From assembly GCA_016931275.1 (NCBI GenBank), contig JAFGFA010000018.1, positions 6,492-70,491 on the forward strand: DNA of 64,000 bases. Direction: 5' to 3'. Shown here one piece after another: positions 20,027-29,169 of the stretch; position 1 is the first letter of the stretch, and each line of letters starts with the position of its first letter. The notes beneath the pieces are model-generated. The model had not been told where the DNA came from. It ran no database searches and was given only the letters and a program-made list of their open reading frames with translations. A program made the translations under genes and the position numbers. The DNA is from Parachlamydiales bacterium. GTDB taxonomy: Bacteria; Chlamydiota; Chlamydiia; Chlamydiales; SM23-39.

Positions 20027-21080
20027 TTGGTTTGTGCAGCCGGGGGGAGCGGAAAAGGTTCTTTTTTCCTTGCATAAGCTTTTCCCCGCTCCGCTTTATT
20101 TTTTATTTGCAGATCTTCAAAGAGCTCAAGCCTTTTTTCCAGAAGAGATCCTTCATACGTCATATCTACAAACGATTTATCGCTTTTTCCCTTATTATCG
20201 CTTTTTGCTTCCTCTTTATCCTCATGCCGTTACTCGATGGAACCTTCGAGAATATGATTTGATCATCTCTTCTTCTCATGCCGTGGCAAAAGGAGTTAAA
20301 AAGCTTTCTCATCAAATGCATATTTGTTATTGTCATACTCCAATGCGATATGCATGGGATCTTTTCCACACCTATTTTAGAAACGGATGGAAAAGTGTAT
20401 TGGCTTCAGGATTTTTTTCCTTTTTTCGGCAATGGGATAGGAAGACAGCGGATCAAGTCGATTTTTTTGTAGCCAATTCCCAGCATGTCCGTCAGAGAAT
20501 CTTGAAGACATATTCTAAAGATGCTGTTGTAATTTATCCTCCGGTGGATGTTGATTTTTTTGCTTTAGAAAAAAATAAAGAAGATTTTTATATGACCGCC
20601 TCACGTCTTGTGTCTTATAAAAAAGTAGACCTTATTGTAGAGGCTTTTCTTGCCATGCCGGAAAAAAAATTGATCGTGATCGGAGACGGACCCGAAAGAA
20701 AAAAAATTGAGGCGAAAATTCAAGGAAATATTTCTTTTTTGGGCTATCAATCAGATGAAAGGCTGCGTTTTTGGTTACAGAAAGCAAAAGCTTTTGTCTT
20801 TGCTGCTGAAGAGGACTTTGGGATTCTTCCTGTGGAAGCCCAATGTACCGGAACGCCCGTTATTGCCTATAAAAAGGGAGGGGCCTTGGAAACAGTTGTG
20901 GACAATGAAACGGGAATCTTTTTTGACCATTGTACTAAGGAAGATATTATCAATGCCGTTCATCGTTTTGAAACAATGGACTTTGATCCTGTAGCTTGTC
21001 ATACTCATGCGCAAAAATTTTCAACAGAAAGATTCTGTCGTCATTTTTCTCAATTTGTCAGTAAGTGCGTGGGATTATGA
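20004..21080 (+). CDS. Glycosyltransferase family 4 (WbaZ-like mannosyltransferase)
   Basis: Start MKTALIHDW; GGAEKV, YCHTPMRYAW, SRLVSYK, EEDFGILPVEA, GGALETV. Confidence 0.9.
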   Translation: MKTALIHDWFVQPGGAEKVLFSLHKLFPAPLYFLFADLQRAQAFFPEEILHTSYLQTIYRFFPYYRFLLPLYPHAVTRWNLREYDLIISSSHAVAKGVKKLSHQMHICYCHTPMRYAWDLFHTYFRNGWKSVLASGFFSFFRQWDRKTADQVDFFVANSQHVRQRILKTYSKDAVVIYPPVDVDFFALEKNKEDFYMTASRLVSYKKVDLIVEAFLAMPEKKLIVIGDGPERKKIEAKIQGNISFLGYQSDERLRFWLQKAKAFVFAAEEDFGILPVEAQCTGTPVIAYKKGGALETVVDNETGIFFDHCTKEDIINAVHRFETMDFDPVACHTHAQKFSTERFCRHFSQFVSKCVGL

Positions 21081-21910
21081 AAGTGATTATTTTAGCCGGT
21101 GGAGAGGGAAGAAGATTGTGGCCGCTCTCCTCTGCTTTCTTGCCGAAACAGTTTATTCCTTTGGAGAAAGGAATAAGTTATTTTCAGAAGACCGTTCTTC
21201 GCTTTCGTGATCTTGTCTCTAAGGAGCAAGATATTCTTATTGTCACAAAAGAGAAGTATCTCGATTTAGCCAGGGAGCAAATAGAAAAAATATCCATGAA
21301 GGATATTCGGATTATTGGAGAAAAATATTCCAAAAATACCGCTTACGCGATAGCGTTAGGTGTGAAATACTGGGAGACGAATGGTGTTGCTAAGGAGCCT
21401 ATTTTGGTCTCTCCCTCGGATCATGCAATCTCTCCGGAATTTCTGTTTAAGGAGACGGTCTTGCAAGCAATCAGACGGTTTGATCCCCAAACTTTTATGT
21501 TGTTTGGCATAAGAGCCAGACATTATAATCCCCAATATGGGTACATTAGAGTGGAACAGAACTCTGTGATCGGTTTTCTAGAAAAACCTGTTCAAGAACC
21601 TCATTTGTTAGAAAAAGAGACTCTTTATATCAATGCAGGGATCACCGTTTTTCAAAAAGACTTTTTTGTTTCTGAGGTCCAAAAATTTTTTCCGGAGCTT
21701 TTTAGTCTTTTTGGTCAATCGTTAGAACGGATGATTCAGGAATCTCAGTCGCTTTTGAATAGTTCTTTTGATAAGGCTGTTTTAGAAAAAACAAAGAGCT
21801 TAGAAATGATTCCTTTAGCAGAAGGAATATTGTGGCGAGATATAGGTTCTTGGGAATCCCTTTTATCAAGTCGGAGAAAAAAAGAGGAATTCTTGTGCTG
21901 CAAAAAATAG
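21077..21910 (+). CDS. manC: Mannose-1-phosphate guanylyltransferase (nucleotidyltransferase domain only)
   Basis: ILAGGEGRRLWPLS, PKQF, KNTA, PSDH, YGYI, FLEKP, WRDIGSW; no C-terminal isomerase domain. Confidence 0.85.
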   Translation: MKVIILAGGEGRRLWPLSSAFLPKQFIPLEKGISYFQKTVLRFRDLVSKEQDILIVTKEKYLDLAREQIEKISMKDIRIIGEKYSKNTAYAIALGVKYWETNGVAKEPILVSPSDHAISPEFLFKETVLQAIRRFDPQTFMLFGIRARHYNPQYGYIRVEQNSVIGFLEKPVQEPHLLEKETLYINAGITVFQKDFFVSEVQKFFPELFSLFGQSLERMIQESQSLLNSSFDKAVLEKTKSLEMIPLAEGILWRDIGSWESLLSSRRKKEEFLCCKK

Positions 21911-23256
21911 AAATCTGGGAGCAAGTGATACGATGCTCTCCTTTTTGGCTTATAGTCGATGGAGTTTTAGTATTCCATTTTGGAATTAGTTGGTTTTTTT
22001 CCTGGAAAAAAAGCGGATGGGTTTTAGATTTTTGGTATTTTACCCTTTTTTATTCTTTTTTTATTGCTGTGATGATGATGTATCCCTTTCAGGCTTCTAT
22101 TTATCAAAAACCGGCTGTAGGAAATGACTTTTTTCGTGTAGAAGTTTTTATGGACCAGGCGTTCGCGATTACTCTTTTGGGATATGTGTTTTTATGGGTG
22201 GGCAAGTATTGTTATGATTTTTTTTCTCCCCGGTGCGTTTTAGAAGGGGTGTCCTTGTTCTTTTCTCCGTTGCAAAAGATCGTTGAAAAAAATTTGCGTA
22301 GTTCTTTAGTTTTTTATATTTTATTGTTTTTCACCTTTTTTTTCGGGGGAATTATCATTTTTTATCAGATTAAAGAAGATGTTCTTTTTTCTCCGCGATC
22401 GTTTTTTTTAGCGCAGGATGCTTTGCGTCCTATATATAATCTCTCATTAAGCATTATAGCTCTTGCGATTACGATTGCCGCCCTTCGGAGTATCAAAGCA
22501 CCTAAAATGAAAGCGGGGTTCCTGATTTTATTTGCCTTTTCATTTTTTTGGGGATTGAGGGGATTTGTGATCTCGGCGCTTCTTACGCTGATGATCTATA
22601 GGAGTTTTGCCAAGCAGGGAAAATTAAAGATAGCAAGACTTGTTTTGAGTTTGTTGGGAATGCTTTTTTTAGCGTTGTACATTGAGGATATGCGAGATGG
22701 AATCTATAATCCATGGCATACCATAGTCTCTACCATATTTAGAGTTATCTATGGGAATCATTTGTCGGACACTCGCGATTTTGCCTGGGTTCTTTCGTTT
22801 TGGGATGGAGAACTTTTATGGGGAAAGACATATATTTCTAAAATATTTTCCTTTATTCCCAGAAAATTTTCTCAGTTCCGCCAGATTTGGGATCTTTCTT
22901 TAGTTACGGCGGAACTGGTAGGATTGAATCCTATGAGTCATGCAGGATTGAGAATAGGATGGTTTGGAGAAGCTTTTCTGAATTTTGGATATTGGGGGGT
23001 ATCTTTTGTTGGGTTGGTTGCTGGATATTTTCTGCGTCAGGCCGATGATCGAATAAAAAAAATAATCACTCAGGGAGGTGATGTTTTGCAAGCATATGCT
23101 CATACGGTGACATTTATTTTTATATCCTCCCTTTTGTTGAATGCTTCTTTGTGGATTTTTTATGTGTTTTTAGTAGGGCATATTCTTTTATATCCTTTTT
23201 CTAAAATAACAATTTTGTCTGATAAGGCATTAGAAAATTCTTCAAAATCTTTTTAG
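21895..23256 (+). CDS. Wzy-like O-antigen/oligosaccharide repeat-unit polymerase
   Basis: About 11 TM segments, large periplasmic loop with YGNHLSDTRDFAW, FIPR, HAGLRIG, GEAFLNFG; GTG start after AGAGGA RBS; last gene of a GT operon. Confidence 0.7.
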   Translation: MLQKIEIWEQVIRCSPFWLIVDGVLVFHFGISWFFSWKKSGWVLDFWYFTLFYSFFIAVMMMYPFQASIYQKPAVGNDFFRVEVFMDQAFAITLLGYVFLWVGKYCYDFFSPRCVLEGVSLFFSPLQKIVEKNLRSSLVFYILLFFTFFFGGIIIFYQIKEDVLFSPRSFFLAQDALRPIYNLSLSIIALAITIAALRSIKAPKMKAGFLILFAFSFFWGLRGFVISALLTLMIYRSFAKQGKLKIARLVLSLLGMLFLALYIEDMRDGIYNPWHTIVSTIFRVIYGNHLSDTRDFAWVLSFWDGELLWGKTYISKIFSFIPRKFSQFRQIWDLSLVTAELVGLNPMSHAGLRIGWFGEAFLNFGYWGVSFVGLVAGYFLRQADDRIKKIITQGGDVLQAYAHTVTFIFISSLLLNASLWIFYVFLVGHILLYPFSKITILSDKALENSSKSF

Positions 23257-23297
23257 CGCATTGAAAAAAGTTTGCAGAAACTCGCTGTCAAAAAGAT

Positions 23298-25799
23298 CTA
23301 TTTTTTGAAATGCTTTCCGAGGATTTTTGAAAGTTGCATCATATCGATAGGATCTTTGTTCCCAAAAACCTTGGAGAGTTTTTCGTCGGGAATAATCTCT
23401 CGTTTATTTTTGGGATTTTGCAATTCATGCGTTTTAATATATTCCCATACTTTTTTAATGACTTCTCCTCGAGAGAGTTCTTTTTCTTTGGTGATTTGCG
23501 CTAGTTCCTCACTCAATTGATACTTATATCCTTTCCCTTTTCCTTTCCAAGAACCTTTCTTTTGATAGGGCGTTTTAGGATGATGTTCGTCATATTTTTT
23601 TTCTAAATCTTCCAAATTGTTGACGATTACGTCACAGTCCGGAAAATTGGAACAGGAATAAAATATTTTTCCAAAACGGGAACGTCGCATTAAAATTTTA
23701 CCGTCGCATCCCAAAGCTGGACAATCCGGTCTTTCCTCCGGTTTCAAGGAAACTTCTCCTTTCTTGGGAATATTCACGATTCCTTGGCAGTCAGGATATT
23801 TTGAACACCCTAAAAAAGGGCCGAACTTTCCATGACGGATAACCATGGGGGAAGAGCATTTAGGACATTTTTGATCCCAATCAAAATCAGGATCATAATC
23901 TTCCTTATGAAAATCCAAGGCCTCGATAGGAGTAGTATAGTCACAGTCCGGATAATGGGAACAGCCGTAGAAATATTTGTTTTTTGACCAGATTTTTTGC
24001 AGAGGATGACCACATTTTGGGCAGGGGATTTTTGTATTTATTTTGGGAACGACCGCTTCTTTTTCTGCTTTTTTTACCATGGGGATAAATTCTTGGTAAA
24101 ATTCTCGAATCAATTCTTTCCAATTTCTTTTGTTTTGTGCGACAAGTTCCAAATCATCTTCCATCGCTGCTGTAAAACCAACATGCATGATAGGAGGAAA
24201 GTTTTCTTCCAGCATTTGCGCAATAATTTTTCCAAGTTCTGTGGGATGCAAGACTTTATTTTCTTTGTTGGTATAGGATCGGCTTTGTATTTTTTGCATG
24301 ATGGAAGCATAAGTAGAAGGACGACCGATGCCCGATTTTTCCAATTCTTTGACTAGAGAAGCTTCGCTAAATCTTGGAGGCGGTTTGGTAAAGGACTGCT
24401 GAGTATGAGCTTTTTCTAAAAAAAGCGTATCTCCGGGTTCGAAAGGAGGTAAAATGCTTTCTTCCTGATTTTCTTCTTCTTCATCTTTTTTTTCTTCATA
24501 AACAGCCAAAAAACCGGAAAATTTAATTCTTGACCCGGAGGCTTTTAATGTTAGAGAGGTGTTGGTTTCAATTTCAGCGCTGATGGTGTCGTAAAGAGCA
24601 TCTTTCATTTGTGAGGAAATGAACCGTTTCCAGATCAGCTGATAAATTTTAAATTGGTCCGCGGTAAGATATTGTTTCACTGTTTCCGGTGGATGGTTGA
24701 GATTGGTAGGGCGAATAGCTTCATGGGCCTCTTGGGCTACTTTTTTGCTGGTATAATACCGGGGCTTTTCAGGAAGATAGTCGGCTCCATATTCTTTTTC
24801 GATATAATCTCGAGCGGCGTAGATTGCTTCAGGGGCAATTTTCACCGAATCGGTTCTCATATAGGTAATCAGTCCTTCTACCCCTTCTTTTTTCATGTCG
24901 ATCCCTTCGTAAAGGGTTTGCGCGATAGTCATTGTTCGCGCCACATTATAGCCATAATGCCTAGAAGCTTCTTGTTGCAATGTTGAAGTGATAAAAGGAG
25001 GAACCGGCGAACGTTTTTTTTCTTTTTGCTCTACACTTTTTACCTGAAAGATCGACTGCTCTATCTTGTGTAGCAAGGCTTTCGCGACTTGCTCGTTGGC
25101 AATATGAAAAATTCCTTTTTTAGGGATCTTGTCAACTTTTTCGCCATCAACCATATGTAAAACAGCTTCAAAAGGGGTTTGTCTCTCTTTGGCGGTCAGT
25201 ATGGCCCAAATATTCCAATATTCTGTTGGGACAAAAGCTTCTATTTCTTTTTCTCGGTCGACTACAAATTTTAGAGCAACTGATTGAACTCGACCCGCCG
25301 ATGTTCCGTCTTTTCCTTTTCGAATTTTTCTGGTCAGAATAGGAGAAATTTTATATCCTACAATACGATCTAAAAGTCGACGTGCTTGTTGCGCATTTAC
25401 TAGATCAATGTTGATATCGGTCGGATGTTTAAATGCTTGGAGTACAGCTGATTTTGTTAAGGAATGAAAAGAGACTCGCTTGGTCTTCGTTCCTTTAGGA
25501 AGGATGGATTGAATGTGCCATGCAATCGCTTCTCCTTCTCTGTCAGGATCGGGAGCTAGATAGACAAGATCGGTAGATTTGGCTTGTGTTTTGAGTTTTT
25601 GAATAACCTCTTTTTTTTCAGGGAGATTGACATATTTTGGGGTAAAGTCATGTTCGACATCAATACCAAATTCTTTTTTGGGAAGGTCTCGAATATGTCC
25701 AATCGAAGAAGTTATGAGATATTCTGATCCTAAAAATTTTTTTAAAGTCTTAATTTTTGCGGGAGATTCCACAATAACTAAAGCTTTCTGTTTGCCCAT
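23298..25799 (-). CDS. topA: DNA topoisomerase I with zinc ribbons and C-terminal SWIB domain
   Basis: IVESPAK, DPDREGE, SAGRVQS, LITYMRTD, GIGRPSTYA, three Cys ribbons, SWIB-like SRGEVIKKVWEYIK. Confidence 0.98.
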   Translation of the reverse strand: MGKQKALVIVESPAKIKTLKKFLGSEYLITSSIGHIRDLPKKEFGIDVEHDFTPKYVNLPEKKEVIQKLKTQAKSTDLVYLAPDPDREGEAIAWHIQSILPKGTKTKRVSFHSLTKSAVLQAFKHPTDINIDLVNAQQARRLLDRIVGYKISPILTRKIRKGKDGTSAGRVQSVALKFVVDREKEIEAFVPTEYWNIWAILTAKERQTPFEAVLHMVDGEKVDKIPKKGIFHIANEQVAKALLHKIEQSIFQVKSVEQKEKKRSPVPPFITSTLQQEASRHYGYNVARTMTIAQTLYEGIDMKKEGVEGLITYMRTDSVKIAPEAIYAARDYIEKEYGADYLPEKPRYYTSKKVAQEAHEAIRPTNLNHPPETVKQYLTADQFKIYQLIWKRFISSQMKDALYDTISAEIETNTSLTLKASGSRIKFSGFLAVYEEKKDEEEENQEESILPPFEPGDTLFLEKAHTQQSFTKPPPRFSEASLVKELEKSGIGRPSTYASIMQKIQSRSYTNKENKVLHPTELGKIIAQMLEENFPPIMHVGFTAAMEDDLELVAQNKRNWKELIREFYQEFIPMVKKAEKEAVVPKINTKIPCPKCGHPLQKIWSKNKYFYGCSHYPDCDYTTPIEALDFHKEDYDPDFDWDQKCPKCSSPMVIRHGKFGPFLGCSKYPDCQGIVNIPKKGEVSLKPEERPDCPALGCDGKILMRRSRFGKIFYSCSNFPDCDVIVNNLEDLEKKYDEHHPKTPYQKKGSWKGKGKGYKYQLSEELAQITKEKELSRGEVIKKVWEYIKTHELQNPKNKREIIPDEKLSKVFGNKDPIDMMQLSKILGKHFKK

Positions 25800-25876
25800 A
25801 AAATGCCTCTGTGAAAAAATAAAGCAGCAATAATTTATGCATAATATCCATAAAGTTACAATGTGTAAACAAATTT

Positions 25877-26725
25877 ATGTTTTCTGACAAACAATTAATA
25901 CAATGGAATAGAGAAGGCTGGTTTCCCGGACCTCATGAAAAGGAACAGGAATTTTATCAACGAGTCCAAATAGGTAAAAATTTTTTTTATAATCCTGAAA
26001 AGTCTTCTCTTCCTCAATGGGCAAATCATCGAGTTTATCCATCCCGATATAATTGGGTTTTAGCGCACTTGCATTCTCTGTTTGATATTATTCCGGAAGA
26101 AATTTATGTGTTTTTTTCTAAAAAATCATTGCGAGCCTTTGAAGGAGGCGCTTTTTGGACATTGTCTATGGAAAAAAGTCATGTGCCATTGGTGCAATTA
26201 CATGAAACACTGCAAAAAAAATCTTTATATGGAATATACAGCCTGGAAGAAATTCTCTCGCATGAACTGATTCATGCCTGTCGTTTAGGATTTGAGGATC
26301 ATTCGATAGAAGAGTTTTTTGCCTATATGAGCTCAAGCTCTGCTTTTCGAAAGATCTTTGGTCCTCTTTTTTCTTCTCCTCGAGAAGTGGGCGTTTTTTT
26401 TATTATTTTGGGAATCGTTTTGCTTTGTTCTTGGGTTAGTCCCTTTTCCATTTTTACCCTATGGGCGCATATGCTTTTTTTAGGCGCGAGCGGTTTTTTC
26501 CTCTGGAGGCTTTTTTATAGACGATGGAAATGGAATCGATGTTACAAAAAATTTTGCGCTCTTTTTAAAGACCCTTCGAAAGCCCGGGCTATGATGTTTC
26601 GTTTAAGCAAAAGAGAGATGGAAGAATTTTCTCGGTTGTCGAGAGAAGAAATTGTCGCAACCGTGACATCTCGTGCTAAGGTGAACTATCGCTGGAAGAT
26701 AATTGTTTTAGCCTATTTTTCCTAA
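25877..26725 (+). CDS. Membrane protein with zincin HExxH motif
   Basis: HELIH (26261-26275) followed 11 aa later by EEFFAY; two TM helices in the C-terminal half. Confidence 0.65.
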   Translation: MFSDKQLIQWNREGWFPGPHEKEQEFYQRVQIGKNFFYNPEKSSLPQWANHRVYPSRYNWVLAHLHSLFDIIPEEIYVFFSKKSLRAFEGGAFWTLSMEKSHVPLVQLHETLQKKSLYGIYSLEEILSHELIHACRLGFEDHSIEEFFAYMSSSSAFRKIFGPLFSSPREVGVFFIILGIVLLCSWVSPFSIFTLWAHMLFLGASGFFLWRLFYRRWKWNRCYKKFCALFKDPSKARAMMFRLSKREMEEFSRLSREEIVATVTSRAKVNYRWKIIVLAYFS

Positions 26726-26734
26726 GAAGAGGGA

Positions 26735-27967
26735 TTATAAAGGGATTTTCTGTCGTTGAAAAGATGGAAAAATTTGAATTTGTTTTCGATATTTTGCAAT
26801 AGTCCTACGAGGACATTCGATTCCATGTTCTTGTAATTTTTTATACAGCATTTTGTCGGATAGAGGTTTTTTTTTATCTTCTGTTTTGATGAAGTGTTCC
26901 ATCCAATGGATTACCTGCATTTTGTGAGGATGATGTGTCAGAGCAGAGGGGAAAAAATAAGAAAGAGGGACGAACGTTTTTTCAATAAGGGCATATTTTT
27001 TAGCGATAGCGCGATAGATAGTAGAATAACTATATCCCAGATCTTGAGCGGTTTTTTTAAGGGTAAGCGGCTTAAGAGGAGCTCCCAAAGAAAAAAAATC
27101 TTTTTGTTTTTCCATAATATAATGCAGGAGATTTGTAAGAATTTCTCTTCGTTTCAAAAGACTTTGTTTGTAAAAGCAGGCAGAAGAAATATATCTTTGG
27201 AAAAAATGTTTGTGGTGATGCCGATGGGAAAGATAATCCATATTGAACCAAAAACAGAAGAGAGAGGTATCTAAGATCTCATAGTTCCAGAGATCCTTTT
27301 CAAAAAAAATTCTGACATCGGCTCGGGGATATTGCTTTGGAGAGGAAGATTCGTAGAAATCTTTCGGATGGATTGTGAGGCTATAGAGAATATCCCTCAT
27401 TCTTCTTAGAAGAGAGAAATCTATTTTTAATTCTTGTGAGAGTTTATACCATCTTTTATGGAGAAAATCGTTGAAATATTTTTGCAAGAGGACCGTTATA
27501 AGAGGCTCTTTTAAGGGGTCGATTTGTTGCAATAACCGGGTTTGAAGGTTCGGTGAGGCGATTCCCGGAGGATCAAACTCTTGCAAGAGGGTTATAATTT
27601 TTTTTATTTTTTGCGAGCTGATCGAGAATGTCTGTCTTATTTTTTTTTCAAAGACAGGAGAAAAATATTGTTGATCGTCCAAATGCAAAATAATCGTTTC
27701 TGCTATCGCAGCTTCTTTTGGATCTTTAAAACAAAGCCGGGCTTGATGAAGAAGGTATTCCGTAAACGAAATCTTACAAGAGGAAAAATTGTCCTGTAAT
27801 GAACAATGGGGAGTTTTAAAGCGATGGATCAATAAGGGGTTTTTATCCACAAATTGAAATAGATAGTGTTCTAATTCTTCCAAAGGAAGTTCTAATATAT
27901 GGAGGCCGAGGCTCATTTTCTGAGTTATAAGCATTTTTTTTTGCATCTTTATATTTTGATGCATCAT
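26735..27967 (-). CDS. rpoN: RNA polymerase sigma-54 factor (divergent)
   Basis: Region I (Q/L-rich, NPLL), FDPPGIAS, KPLTLK..STIYRA..KY, EDKKKPLSD, RpoN box PRRTIAKYR. Confidence 0.9.
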   Translation of the reverse strand: MMHQNIKMQKKMLITQKMSLGLHILELPLEELEHYLFQFVDKNPLLIHRFKTPHCSLQDNFSSCKISFTEYLLHQARLCFKDPKEAAIAETIILHLDDQQYFSPVFEKKIRQTFSISSQKIKKIITLLQEFDPPGIASPNLQTRLLQQIDPLKEPLITVLLQKYFNDFLHKRWYKLSQELKIDFSLLRRMRDILYSLTIHPKDFYESSSPKQYPRADVRIFFEKDLWNYEILDTSLFCFWFNMDYLSHRHHHKHFFQRYISSACFYKQSLLKRREILTNLLHYIMEKQKDFFSLGAPLKPLTLKKTAQDLGYSYSTIYRAIAKKYALIEKTFVPLSYFFPSALTHHPHKMQVIHWMEHFIKTEDKKKPLSDKMLYKKLQEHGIECPRRTIAKYRKQIQIFPSFQRQKIPL

Positions 27968-28188
27968 GATAGAGCCTATTTTTTTTCTCTTATTTTTTTC
28001 TATATCATATAGAGAGGTGAAGGCAAAGAGGTTTATGCAAAAGATCTAGGAAAAGAAGTCTTGTACCCTTCCTTCTTTTCTGAAAGAAAGAAACTTTTTC
28101 GGCGCATGTTGCTAAAAAAATAATATCATTTTTTTAGAAGTTCTCATTTTTTTTACAACCAGATAGTATAACAGATAGGAGTCATGAC

Positions 28189-29112
28189 ATGAAAAAAAAG
28201 GCTGCCCTTATTTGTTCTTACGGATTAGGAGATGGTTTGATAGGGTGTGTTGTTGCCTATAACTTATATATTAATGGATATGATGTCGTTGTCTACCATC
28301 CTTTTTTAAAGCAGTTATGCCGGTTTTTTCCCTATGCCTCTTTTTCCCTTTATCCTTCTGAGGGTAAAATTAAGAGAGAGTTATCCTCTTTTGATAGAAT
28401 TGTGATCAACGGAGATAAATCTTGTATCAGTCAAAGGATAGTCGCCGTGGCTAAAAGGGATTTTTCGGATAGGACTACCGTGCTTTATCCTTCCACTTGT
28501 AAAAAAAAGAATCTTCCCGGAGATTTTTTATGGAATCAAAAAATCTCTATCGGAAAGAATTTAGAAAATCTTTGCAAAGAAAATTTTTTTTGTGAAAGGA
28601 CTTTTGTGAATAATGGTATGTGTATTCCTCAAAAAAACAAAGAAAATCTTGTTATTATTCATCCGACTAGTAGTTCTCTTTATAAAAATTGGCCAAAAGA
28701 AAAATTTATACAATTAGGGATCAAAATTCAAAAAACGGGATGGAAGACCCTTTTTGTAGTCATGGAAAAAGAAAAGCTGTTATGGCAAGATATTAGTAAG
28801 AGCGGATTAGAACTCTATGCCTATGCTAATCTTGATGATTTGGTAGAAAAAATTGTCATGGCTAAAAATATGATCGGCAATGATTCCGGAATTGCTCATC
28901 TCTCTTCTTTTTGTCATCTTCCGACAGTGACCATTTGTTCTACTCATCGCAAGGGAACATTTTGGGCTCCGTTTGCAAGCAAAAATGTGTCGGTTTATCC
29001 TGCTCCCTGGATTTTTAATGTGAAGGGAATGCGATTGCGGGATTATTGGTGGAAACGATTTGTTTCTGTTTCTTGCGTTTTTGATGCTTGGAAACAAATA
29101 GCGGATTGTTAA
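28189..29112 (+). CDS. Glycosyltransferase family 9 protein
   Basis: GLGDG, IIHPTSS..KNWP, IGNDSGIAHLS; RBS AGGAG. Confidence 0.82.
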   Translation: MKKKAALICSYGLGDGLIGCVVAYNLYINGYDVVVYHPFLKQLCRFFPYASFSLYPSEGKIKRELSSFDRIVINGDKSCISQRIVAVAKRDFSDRTTVLYPSTCKKKNLPGDFLWNQKISIGKNLENLCKENFFCERTFVNNGMCIPQKNKENLVIIHPTSSSLYKNWPKEKFIQLGIKIQKTGWKTLFVVMEKEKLLWQDISKSGLELYAYANLDDLVEKIVMAKNMIGNDSGIAHLSSFCHLPTVTICSTHRKGTFWAPFASKNVSVYPAPWIFNVKGMRLRDYWWKRFVSVSCVFDAWKQIADC

Positions 29113-29169
29113 AAAGGTGAAAAATGGTCTTTGATAGACAAATTTTTCTCTTTTTTTTGCATGCAAGAG

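Noticed and set aside
9639-25799. Long GreA, double-length ThyX and TopA-SWIB fusion as novelties
   Set aside because: Established Chlamydiota features; useful for taxonomy, not new.
28095-28115. Possible sigma-54 promoter (GGCGCATGTTGC) upstream of the second GT9
   Set aside because: GG-to-GC spacing is 8 nt rather than the required 10.
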